Part shown: positions 13,746 through 25,895 of the stretch, piece by piece | How positions within the stretch are numbered: the stretch's first letter is position 1 | How the letters are laid out: each line of letters begins with the position of its first letter | Assembly (NCBI GenBank): GCA_028534125.1 | Contig: CM052816.1 | Coordinates: 38,938,001 to 39,002,000 of the forward strand | Direction: 5' to 3' | DNA from: Lama glama | Taxonomy: Eukaryota | Length of the DNA: 64,000 nucleotides | The notes under the pieces: model-generated | Told to the model about the DNA's origin: nothing | What the model saw: only the letters and a program-made list of their open reading frames with translations | The model's database searches: none | Translations under genes and position numbers: made by a program

Positions 13746-13949
13746 AGGAAAGCAGACAGGAGGAAGGCAGGGGTATTTATGAGATGTCTGAGAATATTTA
13801 ACAATCACGGTGACTGGCAGGATAGTGTTAATTCAAGAAAACATTTAATATAAATTTAAAACCAAAGGGACCACCTTAGCCTACATTGGCAATTGCCTAT
13901 GGCCTCAGGAAAACCATAAGTAAGAATAAAATCACAAGGAACTTTTAAA

Positions 13950-14050
13950 TTTTTCTTATTTTTAATTGTGGCAAAATACACATAACATAAAACTTACCAT
14001 CTTAATCATTTTTAAGTGTTGATCATATTCACACTACTGTGCACAACCCA
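13950..14050 (-). mobile_element. L1MA/L1MB 3'-terminal fragment
   Basis: tttttaattgtggcaaaatacacataacataaaacttaccatcttaatcatttttaagtgt. Confidence 0.7.
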
Positions 14051-15099
14051 CTTCTGATTATACAAATACACGGTTATTTCTTCCTTTTGAAAAAAAGACA
14101 AATAAAGGCATTAAGAAAGCTCTGACTTGAGGAGGCTAGATTCTTGCCTGAAGTATATGTAGCAGGTATGCAGGGGTTGCCGTAAGGATGCACCACTAAT
14201 TACCTGGCAGCAGCTTCTGGAGCTAAAAGCCAAACCATCAAATCACAGTAAGCACAGGGTGTTTTCTTCCAAATGACAAGTGCATCAGACTTCATTTCTG
14301 GTGTTTAAAATCCCATGAGCTTTACACCTGACAGGGACAGCCAGTCTGCTTGACCTGGCCCTGATTATCCAACTTACTATATACCTGGTGGTTAGAGAAG
14401 CAATGGAGATCCAAATTATACCCTTAAATTAAAGAGCACATCACCCTACATCTTATCCAAAAAAGTGAATCTCCATCTAGCCCTAAATTGCTCTGGACTG
14501 GATTATTTGGCAATCCTCCACAGTACATAAATAAGAAAGGAGATAAGAAATTTGAAAGATATTGACAGTATCTGAATTCAGGCAGTTGACAGATCTTTTG
14601 CACCAATTCTAACACAGCCATTTCATAGCACAGAGCCGATCAACATGCACCTCGAAGCCAGGGAAGAATGTATAACCCAATAGCACACACTTGATGCTGT
14701 ATGAAGGACTTAGAAAAGAAGTCAAAATGAACCAGCCCACAGATATTTTCTGAGACTCTAATGTGGACCATCAGAGTATTAAATACTATAGTATCAAAAT
14801 TAGCTCATTTGGCTCCCAAATTTCAGAAATAAAACTCAAACTGTAGAAAATCTGATCATAAGTAATATAAACCAGGAGTAAAAATGATCATATTTGCTTC
14901 TTCAAACCTTGGACAGAGTATAAACTGACAGGAAAACCTAACAGTTGATTATAAAGGCAAAGTCATAGGAAGAAACTGGAAGAGTTGAGATGGTTATTCA
15001 GAGCTGGATGAGTACTAATATTCCATAATTATTTTACAATTAATTATTATTTTTCTTGATCTGGGATACATTTTGATTGTAAAAAATAGAACCTTTTAA

Positions 15100-15480
15100 T
15101 CTCTCAAGCAAATGGTAGTATTTATTAGAAAAATAAACAAATATTTCATTGAACCCAAAGAAAACAACCTGGTCCATACCAGGGAAGAAAACAAGGAATA
15201 GGAGTTAGGAGCTGTGCTTACATTCACCATTGCCCTGGAGGGAACGATGTTCCCATGCCACTTCTCTAGACTTGTCTCCTTTATTCTTCTCCTTCTTTGC
15301 AGACAGGCTTTCTCTGCCTTGGGATGCACATGATCGAAATATGACACCTGCCAGAACCCTGTTTTTTATCCCTTCATATCCAGTAGAGATGAACTAAAGC
15401 CTCTGAGACCTAATTCCAAATTCTTACATGGAGAAATTAATGAGGCTAGCTTAGGTCAAGTATCCACTATCAGATGTCTG
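15100..15480 (-). mobile_element. Old MaLR LTR (MLT1J/K-like)
   Basis: ctttgcagacaggctttctctg...ctagcttaggtcaagtatccact pattern. Confidence 0.45.
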
Positions 15481-16336
15481 TTATCTTTGACTTTTCAAGA
15501 AGACTAATTCCTAGGACTCCAGATGTGATACTATATTTTAATGTTCTAACCCACAGGAGTGCAAAAATGCTTTAGCACTTACAACGGCATTTTGATTCAT
15601 CCAGATAACCAAGTGAAGTTACAGAAATATGAAGTGAGAACATTCACTGCCAAATTCTTAAATTACCAGATCAATATTATTGGTTTCCATCCCACCCAAA
15701 AAAAAAAAGCACATGCACTTTTTTTTTTAAAGTGAAGATCTTCAAGCATCTCCTTAGGATATTCAACTTCTACTCTGCTTTTTTTTTTTTTCTCCACAAG
15801 AGGTAAACTTATCTTTACTTACTGGAAAGAGCAGTCTGTGCAATCGTTCTCATCATCAATGTGGAGCCTCTATCTGAAAGGCTAAGCATTTATTGACTTT
15901 AGGACTGTGGCAACGTGCAGACAGAGCACAAACCACCATTTCTCACCAGGGATGCTCTGTCTTAGAGAATGAGAGTTGCACATGGTAACAAATGCTGGAA
16001 GGCACTTAAGTACCAATTACTAACTATTTAAGGACAATGCTATCTCCAGAACGGAATAAGACTCACAGTGACGAAAAGTTGATTCTGTTGGAGAAGTCAA
16101 GTGTTTCCACACTCTCTCTAGCAAGCCTTTATAATCTGTATTAATCACAAGTTTCTTTGGGGGTTCTTGTCTAGGGATAAGCTTAAACCATTAATTAAGT
16201 CACTGCATATATGATGCTGGAGTTGTTTCCCCCTTGCTTATAATACATACTTGTCTACTGGTCTGAATGTGGGAAAATGGGATGCAGATGCCCAAGCTGC
16301 CTGCCTCTGCAGAACCCAGACTGTGGGCTGCTGCTT

Positions 16337-16722
16337 TGTTATGGGCTAAACTGTGTTCCTTCAAAATGTCTATATTGAAAACCTAACCCCCACCACCTCT
16401 GAGTGTGACAGTATTTAAACACAGGGCCTTTTAAAAGGTGATTAAGTTAAAATAAGATCACTAGGATGTGCCCTAATCCAATCTGACTGATGTCCTTATA
16501 AAAGGAAGTCTGGACACACAGGGAGCTCCAGGGATGATTGAGCATAGGGAAAAAGGTCTTATGAGGCCACACTGGCCACCTGCAAGCGAAGAGAGGTTTC
16601 AGAAGAAACCAAACTCCCAACACCTTGATCTTGGACTTTTAGCCTCCAGAGCTGCAAGAAAATTAGTTTCTGCTGGTTAAGCCACCCAGTCTTCTGTTAT
16701 GGCAGCCCTAGGAAACTAATTT
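16337..16722 (+). mobile_element. MaLR solo LTR (MLT1B-like)
   Basis: tgttatgggctaaactgtgttcc...ccctaatccaatctgactgatgtccttataaaagg...caacaccttgatcttggacttttagcctccagagctg...gttatggcagccctaggaaactaat. Confidence 0.9.
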
Positions 16723-17441
16723 GTTCCTCCACAAGAGATTTTAATATCAGAGGATTCCCTAATTCTTTTCTTCAGGATGATCCATTCACAAGTTTAACTG
16801 TATGTGACCCCAGTTTAGTGTTTCTGATACAAGATGTGGACAGAAACTGTAAGAGATGTTCCCACAACCCAGGGCTTTCATTCCCTCGGGGCGACAATGG
16901 CCCAGGACAGGTAGCAGCTGCCTCCTGTATGTGAGACATATACTCTCCAGTTTCACACAGCTTCCATATTCCTCATTGCTATATACCTAACTGCTCCACC
17001 CATTTATAGCATCTTCTGACTTCTGGAAGCATCTGAGCCCCTGAGACGGTCTGCTCAAACCCAGTGCTTCTATCACTGGTGCAGAGACATTGATCCAGCA
17101 TCCCACGGAGACTTGGCAGCAGCAGGCCCATTTAAAACATTTCTTCTGAAGCCAGTTGACATTGATTTTTTGGGATATACACCTCTGAGGATAAACCACC
17201 GTTACAGAATCAAAGAAGCAATAATTCTTCTCTGGCTATTGCAATTACTGAAGTAGAGTCACCTTGTATACATACCAGATAACAAATAGTGGGGCTATCC
17301 TCCCCCTTTCCAGTTGCCTGTATGAAAAAATAACCTAACGAAGAAAGACGATTATACGTACAAAGGGGGGATATTGTACTTTAGTATGAATAAAGGGTTT
17401 GAGTGGCTACAGGACTTTTTAGCCAAGAGTTGAAAAGATTA

Positions 17442-17646
17442 TATATATAAAACAGATAAACAATAAGTTTATACTGTAGAGTACAGGGAACTATAGTCAA
17501 TATCTTGTAGTTACCTGTAATGAAAAAAGAACATGAAATTGAATATATGTATGTATATGTATGACTGGGACATTGTGCTGTACACCAGAAATTGACACAA
17601 CATTGTAAACTGACTATAGTTCAATAAAAAAGCATGTTTAAAAAAA
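17442..17646 (+). mobile_element. Camelid L1 3'-terminal fragment
   Basis: L1 3' UTR end plus A tail; perfect 17-bp TSD AAGAGTTGAAAAGATTA at 17425-17441 and 17647-17663. Confidence 0.93.
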
Positions 17647-18284
17647 AAGAGTTGAAAAGATTAATTCTGTCCCAGGTAAGATTGGTTAAAAGGTTGTTCT
17701 TTGCCAGTTTGTGATGCCATCCAGCACCACATAAGTTAGTCCTAGGCCAATTTACAGAAGTTGCAAACAATCCAAGAAGTGCCTCTTAAAGATATTCTGT
17801 TAGCCCTGGAACCCAGACTACTCTCATGGTCAAGGAGAATCCTCACAGGGAAAAAGCCTAGGGATGTCAGAGCCACGCAGCAGCTCATGGTTAGAGCTAC
17901 TCTCTCCACAGAGTAGTGGGGATCTCTCTCATCCTCTGTCTCTCCCTAACCCTCTCCCCTCTCCCCTCTCCCCTCACTTTCACTCCCTCTCACTGCACTC
18001 TCCCCTCCTAAAGCAGACTGGAAAGATTTTCAATTGCAGGATGGGGGGTGGGGCTCCTCAACAATAGAGTTCAAGGGTCACTGTTTTAGAGGGAGGCTCA
18101 GGACTTGCTATAGGATCTCACTAGCACAGGCACAGGGCAGCAATAAAGACTAAAAAGCAAATAGCCAGCATCTCAGCATTGATCTCTGCCTCCCCATTAA
18201 CTAAGGATCCCAAACGTTCATTTGTTCAAAGGGCCAAATGGTAATTCAGTGGCCTGCCTGGACAGACAGAGGCTAAACCCATAC

Positions 18285-18480
18285 TTCCCACCAAATACAC
18301 ACAACAACAACAGCAACAGACCCTCCCACGTATACACACTAACCACCACTTTTACACACAACCACAAGCATACACACCATCAGCCACCACACACGCACAT
18401 ACCATCAGCCACTACGCGCACACACACACAACAAACACCACCTACACACAATACTGCTTCCCTCCCACACACATTTCAAA
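18285..18480. repeat. Degenerate CA/ACC-rich low-complexity tract
   Basis: Runs of acac/cacc; produces the spurious His/Thr-rich ORF 18222..18608. Confidence 0.8.
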
Positions 18481-20679
18481 AGAGCCACATAACAAAAACC
18501 CATTACAAAAAAAAAAAGTGGAGCCCTCATAAACGAGTTGAAAGAAATGTGAAGAACAAGAACCATCAACAAAATCACCTCTATCTTCTGTTCTTCTCTT
18601 GGTTTTAGACTCCTCACATCTGCTTTTCACTGACTCAGATTTGAACACTGACCTTTGTAGAGAAATGTTTAGTACATTAGATGGTAACCATTTCTTCTAT
18701 CTTTCCCCTATTTGTTTGGCCTGATGTCTCCTGCGTCTAAGTCAGTTTAGGGAAGAGGATCTGTTGTGGTATTCTTTGCTCAGTGTGCATCCAAGAAACA
18801 AAAGCACAGCTGCATTTTATAACTAAGTACCAGCGCACATTCTCTCATGTCTGCCTTCTTGCCCAAAAGCAATGAAAGCTTCTTTACTAATGGAACAATT
18901 AATTCAGTGTAAGGTCATCAGGCCACTTTGGAAGGGCCTGTATTATGTGCATACGGGGAATCAGTTTTTTCAGAAATAAATATTGGACACATTGCCCTCA
19001 TTTAATTTGGAAAGAGATTATCCAAAAGCAGTCAGCTCATGATTATACTAAACCTAATGTGCAAGCAGATGACCTTGAGCCCTTTTTCTCCCTTCTGCTG
19101 CCTACTCCTTCTCTGTTTCACTGCTCATTGCCTTCTTCATCAATGTGTAGAGAAAAGGTCATGGTGATATATAAGTCAATCCCTTTTGCTTTATCTTTGT
19201 AGCTCTGCAAAAGATTTGGAAGAGGAATAAGCTGGAAGAAATATGAGACCTATGGATACCCTGAGAATTTTAGTTAACTCTGTGCTCTCTGCCCCCCAAT
19301 TTGTACAGTTAATTTAGAGTTGGTTGAATAAACTTTGCATGAGATAAATGGGTCTTTATTTCTCCATCCTTGGCTCAGTTCAAGAAATGCTCCAACAAGC
19401 AACTTGGTAAATGCAAGTGATCAAAAAAAAAGCCACTACAAAGGGCTTGCTAACCCAAATATGATCTGTACTATATTATTCTGCCAAGTTCTAGGTCATT
19501 CACACCAACGTTATCAAAGATCAATGTCTCCGGTAAGTGTCGACACAAAAGGGAATTGCATTTGCATTGGCTGTATGACTCTGATGCCATAAATGCACAG
19601 AAAACTGTTGTCATCTCTAGCCACTGATAAACGTATTTGACTTTAAAGAAAATCACCTAAATTTCATGAACTTCAGTAAAAGCATCTATAATAAATTCAT
19701 TGCCCAACTTCATGGTGACATGATTGTGAGTTGTACGTATCGGCTTTTCAAACTACTCAAGGAGAATTTAAAAATTCTGATTTGGGAGTGATTAATGATT
19801 AAGTAATGACTAACACAATCAGTATGATTAATTAATGATTAACACAATATTACACGTGGTATACAGTGCAAATAGATAGGCTGAAAGGATATTAATGTTA
19901 ATCAAGGACACTGTGCATCTATGTAATTAGACATTTCATTGTTTGGTGCATAATCAATTGCACTGTGCTGCATAGAATGTATTGATTGCCAATTAACTTC
20001 AGTGGTATTTATTCTACTGTTCAAACATAAAGCATTCAAACTAATCACTGTAAGGTTTCCTGAGGCTGTGTTGTTTCAATCAATATTTGCCTTCTCTATA
20101 TTGCAATACTTCAGAAATTATCTCAAGCTTGACCAAGAATATTGACTCTAATTCACCTACAGTTTAAAAAAACCAAAATGTTATCATTTCCATAATTTTG
20201 TAAGGCCACTATGTTGTCATTCATCTATGAGTAACTGTTGTTGCTTATGGTGTAATGACTTCACTCTAAAAAGCATGGGGAAAAAAGATATTTTTTCCCA
20301 CTGTCTTCAGAGATCATCAGAATCAAAATGTGTAACGGCTGAGGAGTTCAGGGTTTAGAGATATGTGCAAGGCAGCTTGCTATCCTGTGCCTTTTCTAAG
20401 AATATGTTCTGATTCCGAATATTCTAGCTAAAAATCGGGTCAGAAAAGTTGGACAACTTTAAATGAATACATTTACTTCATGCACTAGGTCAGTGTCTGA
20501 AGTCAGACTTTTATCCACTCACAATAATGATTTAATGTGTATTAACTAACCACCAATAGTTAGATTTATTAAGAATTAATACTAATGAACCAGTGAGTAG
20601 TTTTGTGCAAATAAAAAAACTGACATTCATATTTTGCAGTGTAGAACACCACTGGCAATAATGAGAAAGAAAAATAAAA

Positions 20680-20850
20680 ACAACTAACACTAGATGAAAC
20701 TTTCTAACTCCTAGACACTATTCCAAGTGCTTTATATGAATTAGCTTATTGAATCCTCAAAGAATTCCATGTTGCAAAATTGAGAGATAAAGAGGTTGAG
20801 TAACATGTTCAAGGTCACACAGTTATTAAGGGGCAGAGACTGGATCTGAA
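20680..20850 (-). mobile_element. MIR SINE
   Basis: aagtgctttatatgaattagcttattgaatcctcaa...agaggttgagtaacatgttcaaggtcacacagtt...ggcagagactggatctgaac. Confidence 0.75.
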
Positions 20851-21552
20851 CTGTTCTTGTATCAGATTGCCTATTTTAAACTAGGATGTGATATATAGCC
20901 TGTAAACTGAATTATAAATCATGTATCTACATAACCATGCCAGAAACTTCTGAATTAGCTCCAACAGGACCAATTCTTATGATGCCGTTTTCTTTCCCTC
21001 TACCCTTTAACATTCAAAAAGCACGGGTGATACGCAATCACCTTCTAAATTTCCTAAGTTATCTCACCTAGAGATTTTCTTTATTTTCCAATTCTTTATT
21101 TTCCAATGTTAATTAGAAAAACAACAGCATATACAAGAGTGCACAGGATCCTGGTACAAAAGAATGACCTCATTGAAGCCAAATCAGCTTGGAAATTAAA
21201 ATCAACTAATTGTGCCTCCATCAAAGAAAAGGAAGTCAGGGAGCTTATAATCTTAAAATCTTATTTTTTTCCCCTCAGAAGACTCATGTCACTTCAACCT
21301 TATCTTCGACATACTTGTACTCACCTCAGTCTATTCACATCATTCTACTCTACTGAACCTTTTTCAATGAAACACCAAGGACCTATAAGAAAACTTCTCC
21401 CTCAAAAATACTAGGCCATTCTTTGCCATTAATTTCAAATCTCTTAAAGTGTCATTTTCCCCATAAATCCATTCCAAATTGATTTTTTGGAAAGCTATGG
21501 CTCCACTATTCTTAATCCTGGATATTGAAGTTTAATACCTAATTTTCTCAAA

Positions 21553-21617
21553 ATTTTTTTTTACATTTTTTTATTGATTCATAATCATTTTACAGTGTTG
21601 TGTCAAATTCCAGTGTT
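21553..21617 (-). mobile_element. Ultra-short (~65 bp) young camelid L1 3' tip
   Basis: Reverse complement acactggaatttgacacaacactgtaaaatgattatgaatcaataaaaaaatgtaaaaaaaaa resembles the tip at 42371-42469; perfect 15-bp TSD CCTAATTTTCTCAAA at 21538-21552 and 21618-21632. Confidence 0.9.
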
Positions 21618-22399
21618 CCTAATTTTCTCAAATTCTCACCAACTAGTCACTCACCTACATATACACCTCTCAAATGCCATAAATTCTCAAATTTGTGTTT
21701 GTTATAAATTATCTAGCTTTTCTATTAGATTTTCATATAGTCTGACACCATTCAAAATTACCTTCTTATGCAATAGTTACTAAACCATAATATTATGAGT
21801 GGGCATCTTCAAATTTCTGTCAGAATAAAGAATTCCTCATAATAAAAATATTTAACACCTTTAATTGAGAAAGACATAGACTAACTGATGAGTTAAATTT
21901 ATTGACTATTTTAAGATACACTATTAATCGTTGGAAATTGGTTAACTATATCACAATATTGATTTTTGTGAGTGTGAAAGTAACTAACACACATACACTC
22001 ATACACACCTTTTTGCACAGTAGACTGCTCATTTTCAGAGTACAATAGTTTGCTTTGCACAGAGTACCAAATTGAATGGCAATGTGGTACTTTTAATAAT
22101 AACACCAAGTATTAACACCATTGATGGGCACTGAATTTCTTCGCTACTCAGCTAATTTTTTGCTACTTAATAAGAAAAATTATGTAGACATCAAGCACCT
22201 CTGGCTCTGAAATTTATTTTATTTGCTCTACCCTTTAAAAGTCTTAAATAGGCAGCATGTACCTCTTATATGAAATATAATTTGGAAAGTGGCATGTTTC
22301 CTTTTAATGCAACAAATATAATTTGAGTGTATGGCCAGGCAATAAGAAGTTTATAGTCCTGTAGGGGGAAAAAAAAACCTGGTGATATATGAAATACTG

Positions 22400-23790
22400 A
22401 CTAGTAAGACAAAATGTCATATGAAAAAGAAAATGTGAGTAGTGGGGCCAGCAAGTGGGATTAGAAGAAGATGGCATCAGTACAGACATCTCAGGAGCAG
22501 GAAGAAATCATCTCAAGGTGGCCGACTGATAAAGGGAACATATCGATCCTCATGCTTCAAAGATCCAAAGAGCATGACCAGGCTTCAGGCAAGATAGTTT
22601 GTGATAGCACTGAGACTAGAAGCAATTCTCTGCAAAGCTCTCAGTTCTACCCACCAGTCCTCAGGATGACTTCCTCTTGTGAACAAAAACAGCTGCAGTA
22701 CTCTGAGGCTATTCCCCTGCTCACCAGACAAGAGCATCTTGTTCCAGCATTCCCAGAAAAAGTCCTAACTTCATTCTGATTGGGCAAGATGAGGTCACCT
22801 GTGAACCAGTTACTGCATCTGAGAAAAGAATTTTCTGATTGTGTTAGACCAAGCACGTGCAACCAAGCAGGACTCTATTGTCATCATTGGTGACCATCTG
22901 ATATCTGTAAAGGTGCTTGTAACTGCTTAACTGTATAATGGTTTAAAGGGTTTTTCTCATGTTCTTGCTGACCAGGGTTGGGCTGGAGAGGAGAGAGGCT
23001 TGGGTGGTTCACCCAACCACCTTGTGGTGCTGGTGCTCGTGCAGGGGTCATGCTCAGTGCCCTGCTCTCCCAACACCTCAGAAATAGCAGTTGGGTGCTT
23101 TGTGCATCGTGTTGTTCATAACTCACCCCAACTGAGAATGTCTGCGGTTGTTTTTGATCCCTTCTGGTTTCCTTGTATCCTGTTGTTTGAGCTGCAGGCT
23201 GAAGCCTGCAGCAGGAGGTCCCAGGCTTCAGCGTGCTTTAAAGGCTAAAAGCACTTATTAACCTGGTTTTAAACTGTACACGTTTTTCTCTAGGGCTCTC
23301 TCCCACGGACCTCCTTCCTATGCACCCTTAGTTCTAGGCATAAGAATATTGAGGGAGTCCAAAGACAGAGGTGAACTGCATATCCAGCAGAGGGAAGGGG
23401 ACCCCTGCATCTGCAAAAACAAGAAAAACTTTTGTTACCCTATATGTGATCTTCATGGAAACTAGCTTCACCCCTTGAACTCTTGAACTGCTACTATAAA
23501 ATCCCCTGCCTTTTGTCCCCAGTAGGCTCACAATCTTAGAGGCATTAGCCCACTGTGACCTCTTTGGCCTTGCAAAGAAATAAAGCTGCCTTTTCTACTT
23601 CATCCAAAACTCTGTCTTCAAGTCTCAATTTGGTAAGTAGGGTATGGAGGCTGTGTTCTGGCAACACATGGTTTATACCCCTGGCTGTGGTGTCACCTTC
23701 CCATATTCACATGGCTCCCAAATTGAAACCAGGGCTATCAACCTGGTGCAAAGGGGAAAAACTTGCAGGAAACCAATAGGTAACTACTGT
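22400..23790 (-). mobile_element. Old MaLR LTR (MLT1K/L-like) split by an ERV1 LTR
   Basis: ttctgattgggcaagatgaggtcacctgtgaaccagttactg...ttctgattg at left resumes as catgg...acccctggctg...cccaaattgaaaccagggct at right. Confidence 0.55.
22858..23666 (+). mobile_element. ERV1 (gammaretrovirus-like) solo LTR, probably composite
   Basis: TG...CA ends (TGCAACCAAGCAGGAC ... CTGGCAACA); 4-bp TSD CACG (22854-22857)/CATG (23667-23670), one transition apart; TATAAAA near 23495 and AATAAA near 23579. Confidence 0.8.
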
Positions 23791-23849
23791 AACCTATTTC
23801 CCTCTTGGCTTATTTTGACTGTAAAACTAACTATGTTCAGCTAAACTTA

Positions 23850-25895
23850 TGTATCATTTCTCTGTTCACATATACAATATTCTAGACTCTCTTGCTCCTC
23901 TGTCTTTGTATCTCACTGGTATGGCAAAATTCCACCTGTAGGTGTTTTCTTCCTTCATTCCTGCCCTGAGTGACTGTACATTGCTGGATAAAGTCCACCA
24001 CCAGGGTAGACTAACATCACCATGAATTCATAGTATCAACTTCAAATGAGCTCTACCTGATCACCCTCTATGTGATGGTCTATCATATTTCTTAGAGCCT
24101 CATGCTCACTCTGTAAAATGACTACTTAAAATGCCTCCTTTTTCCCAAGCCTCCAACTTTCCCACTCTAAATTATCTTCACTTTTTCCTCCAGGAGATGA
24201 TGTGTCCTTCTACTTTACAGAGGAAATACAGACTACCTCACTCAACATGTCAACTTACTTCAATACCCTTCCCAATCACCTGTTAGGAAAAAGAAACTGC
24301 CCATCTCTTCTCCGAGAACTAACTCTCTCAGCTTTTATTTATTATCCTTAAATATTCCTTCAGGACTATGGTAGCATTGAATTTCATTTCCTCTGACCTT
24401 CACAAAAAAAGTATGTTAGATAATTTCTTATATTTTCATATCTCACTCACACACACACACACACTCTCACACTCTGAATTCATCTTTCCCAATGGGATTT
24501 AACCAAAGTCAAATCCCTGGCAATCAACCAGCCAATCAATAAATCAGTCATTTCCCTTGATTCCCATATCACCATTTAGATACCGTCCGTATCCCCTTTT
24601 CCTCTTACCTCCCAATCTTCACCAAAATAGCTCTTGTTAAGTTTACCAAAGGCGTTCACTATCTAAATCTAAAGGACATTTTTGGTCTTTACCATGAACA
24701 ACTTACCAGCAGTTTTGACATGATTGATCTCTCCCTCCTGGTTTTCAAGACAATATCTATCTAGTTTTCTTGCAACTTTTCTATTTCCTTCTTCCCTTCT
24801 TCAAAGTCATTAAATGGAGCATTTTCTATGGGTTTTTCCTATGTCATCTTTTCTCCTCATTCTATATTCTGCTCTTAGGAATTTTACCCAATATTATTTC
24901 AGTTGTCAGTCATAAGTCAACAACACCAGTCAGTTTATTTCTCATTCATTCATTCATTCATACATTCCATAAATGTTTATTACTTGCATACAATATTCCA
25001 GTTACTAGGGATAAGAGAGTGAATGAATTCAGACTTCTCTTAGTTTTAACTCATATATCTAACTGGCTTTTACTATCTCCACTTGAATATTAACATGTCT
25101 TAAACTAAACACATTATCTCCCCCTCAATTCTAATTCCCTTCCCAAGCACTTACCACAGTAACTGGCACCTCCTTCCAATCAGTTTCTTACGCTAGAAAT
25201 CTAGGCTTCCTCTTCAGCTTTCCTTGAGCCTTCACCCCCATGTATAATACATCATCAAGCCCATTTCCTTGTTACTTCCTAAATATATCTGGATTCCATG
25301 TCTTTGACTTTCTGTCTCTACTTTCATCTCCTTAACCCAGTGTACTATCTTCACTTACCTATACTCCTGCTATAATCCCCCAGTTAGGTTCCCTGAATCT
25401 GCTTCTCCTTCCAACCTCTTTTCTACACTGCAGAAGAGAGTGAAATTTTAAACACACAAATCTTATATTATGCTCCTTAACCCCTTTTCCTGCACCACCG
25501 TAATCGGCCCCCTCTCACTTCTTTAGAGGCTCCATCCTATCCCAGGGGTTTTGCAATGTTGTTCCTTTGTGAAGGAATGCTCTCCCAGCCCTCCTTCTCC
25601 ATGCACCTGCTTACATCTCCTACACACATATCAGGTTGTTGTCTGCTTGTCAGTTCATCAGGGAACTAAATCCCAAGTTATGCTAGGCTCCCTATGGTAT
25701 GCTCTCTTAGTTGCCTTCTTAGCACTTACCACAGCTGTAATTTTACATTTATTTGTGTCACCTCCACTATATTAGAAACATCATGATGACAGAGTCTATT
25801 CTATTTTTGCTCACCACTGAATGTGCAGCACTAGTATAGTTCCTACCACATGTTAGGTTTTTAGTAAAGACATGATAAGTGAATGAATGAATGAA
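23850..25895 (+). mobile_element. L2 LINE, long fragmented copy
   Basis: L2-type sequence (ctcttgttaagtttaccaa...taaatctaaaggacatttt; aacatgtcttaaactaaac; gctagaaatctaggc) ending in an (ATGA)n tail at ~25880-25896; short minus-strand L2 tail embedded at ~24940-25030. Confidence 0.75.

Noticed and set aside
18222..18608. His/Thr-rich 128-aa ORF
   Set aside because: Translation of a CA-rich low-complexity tract
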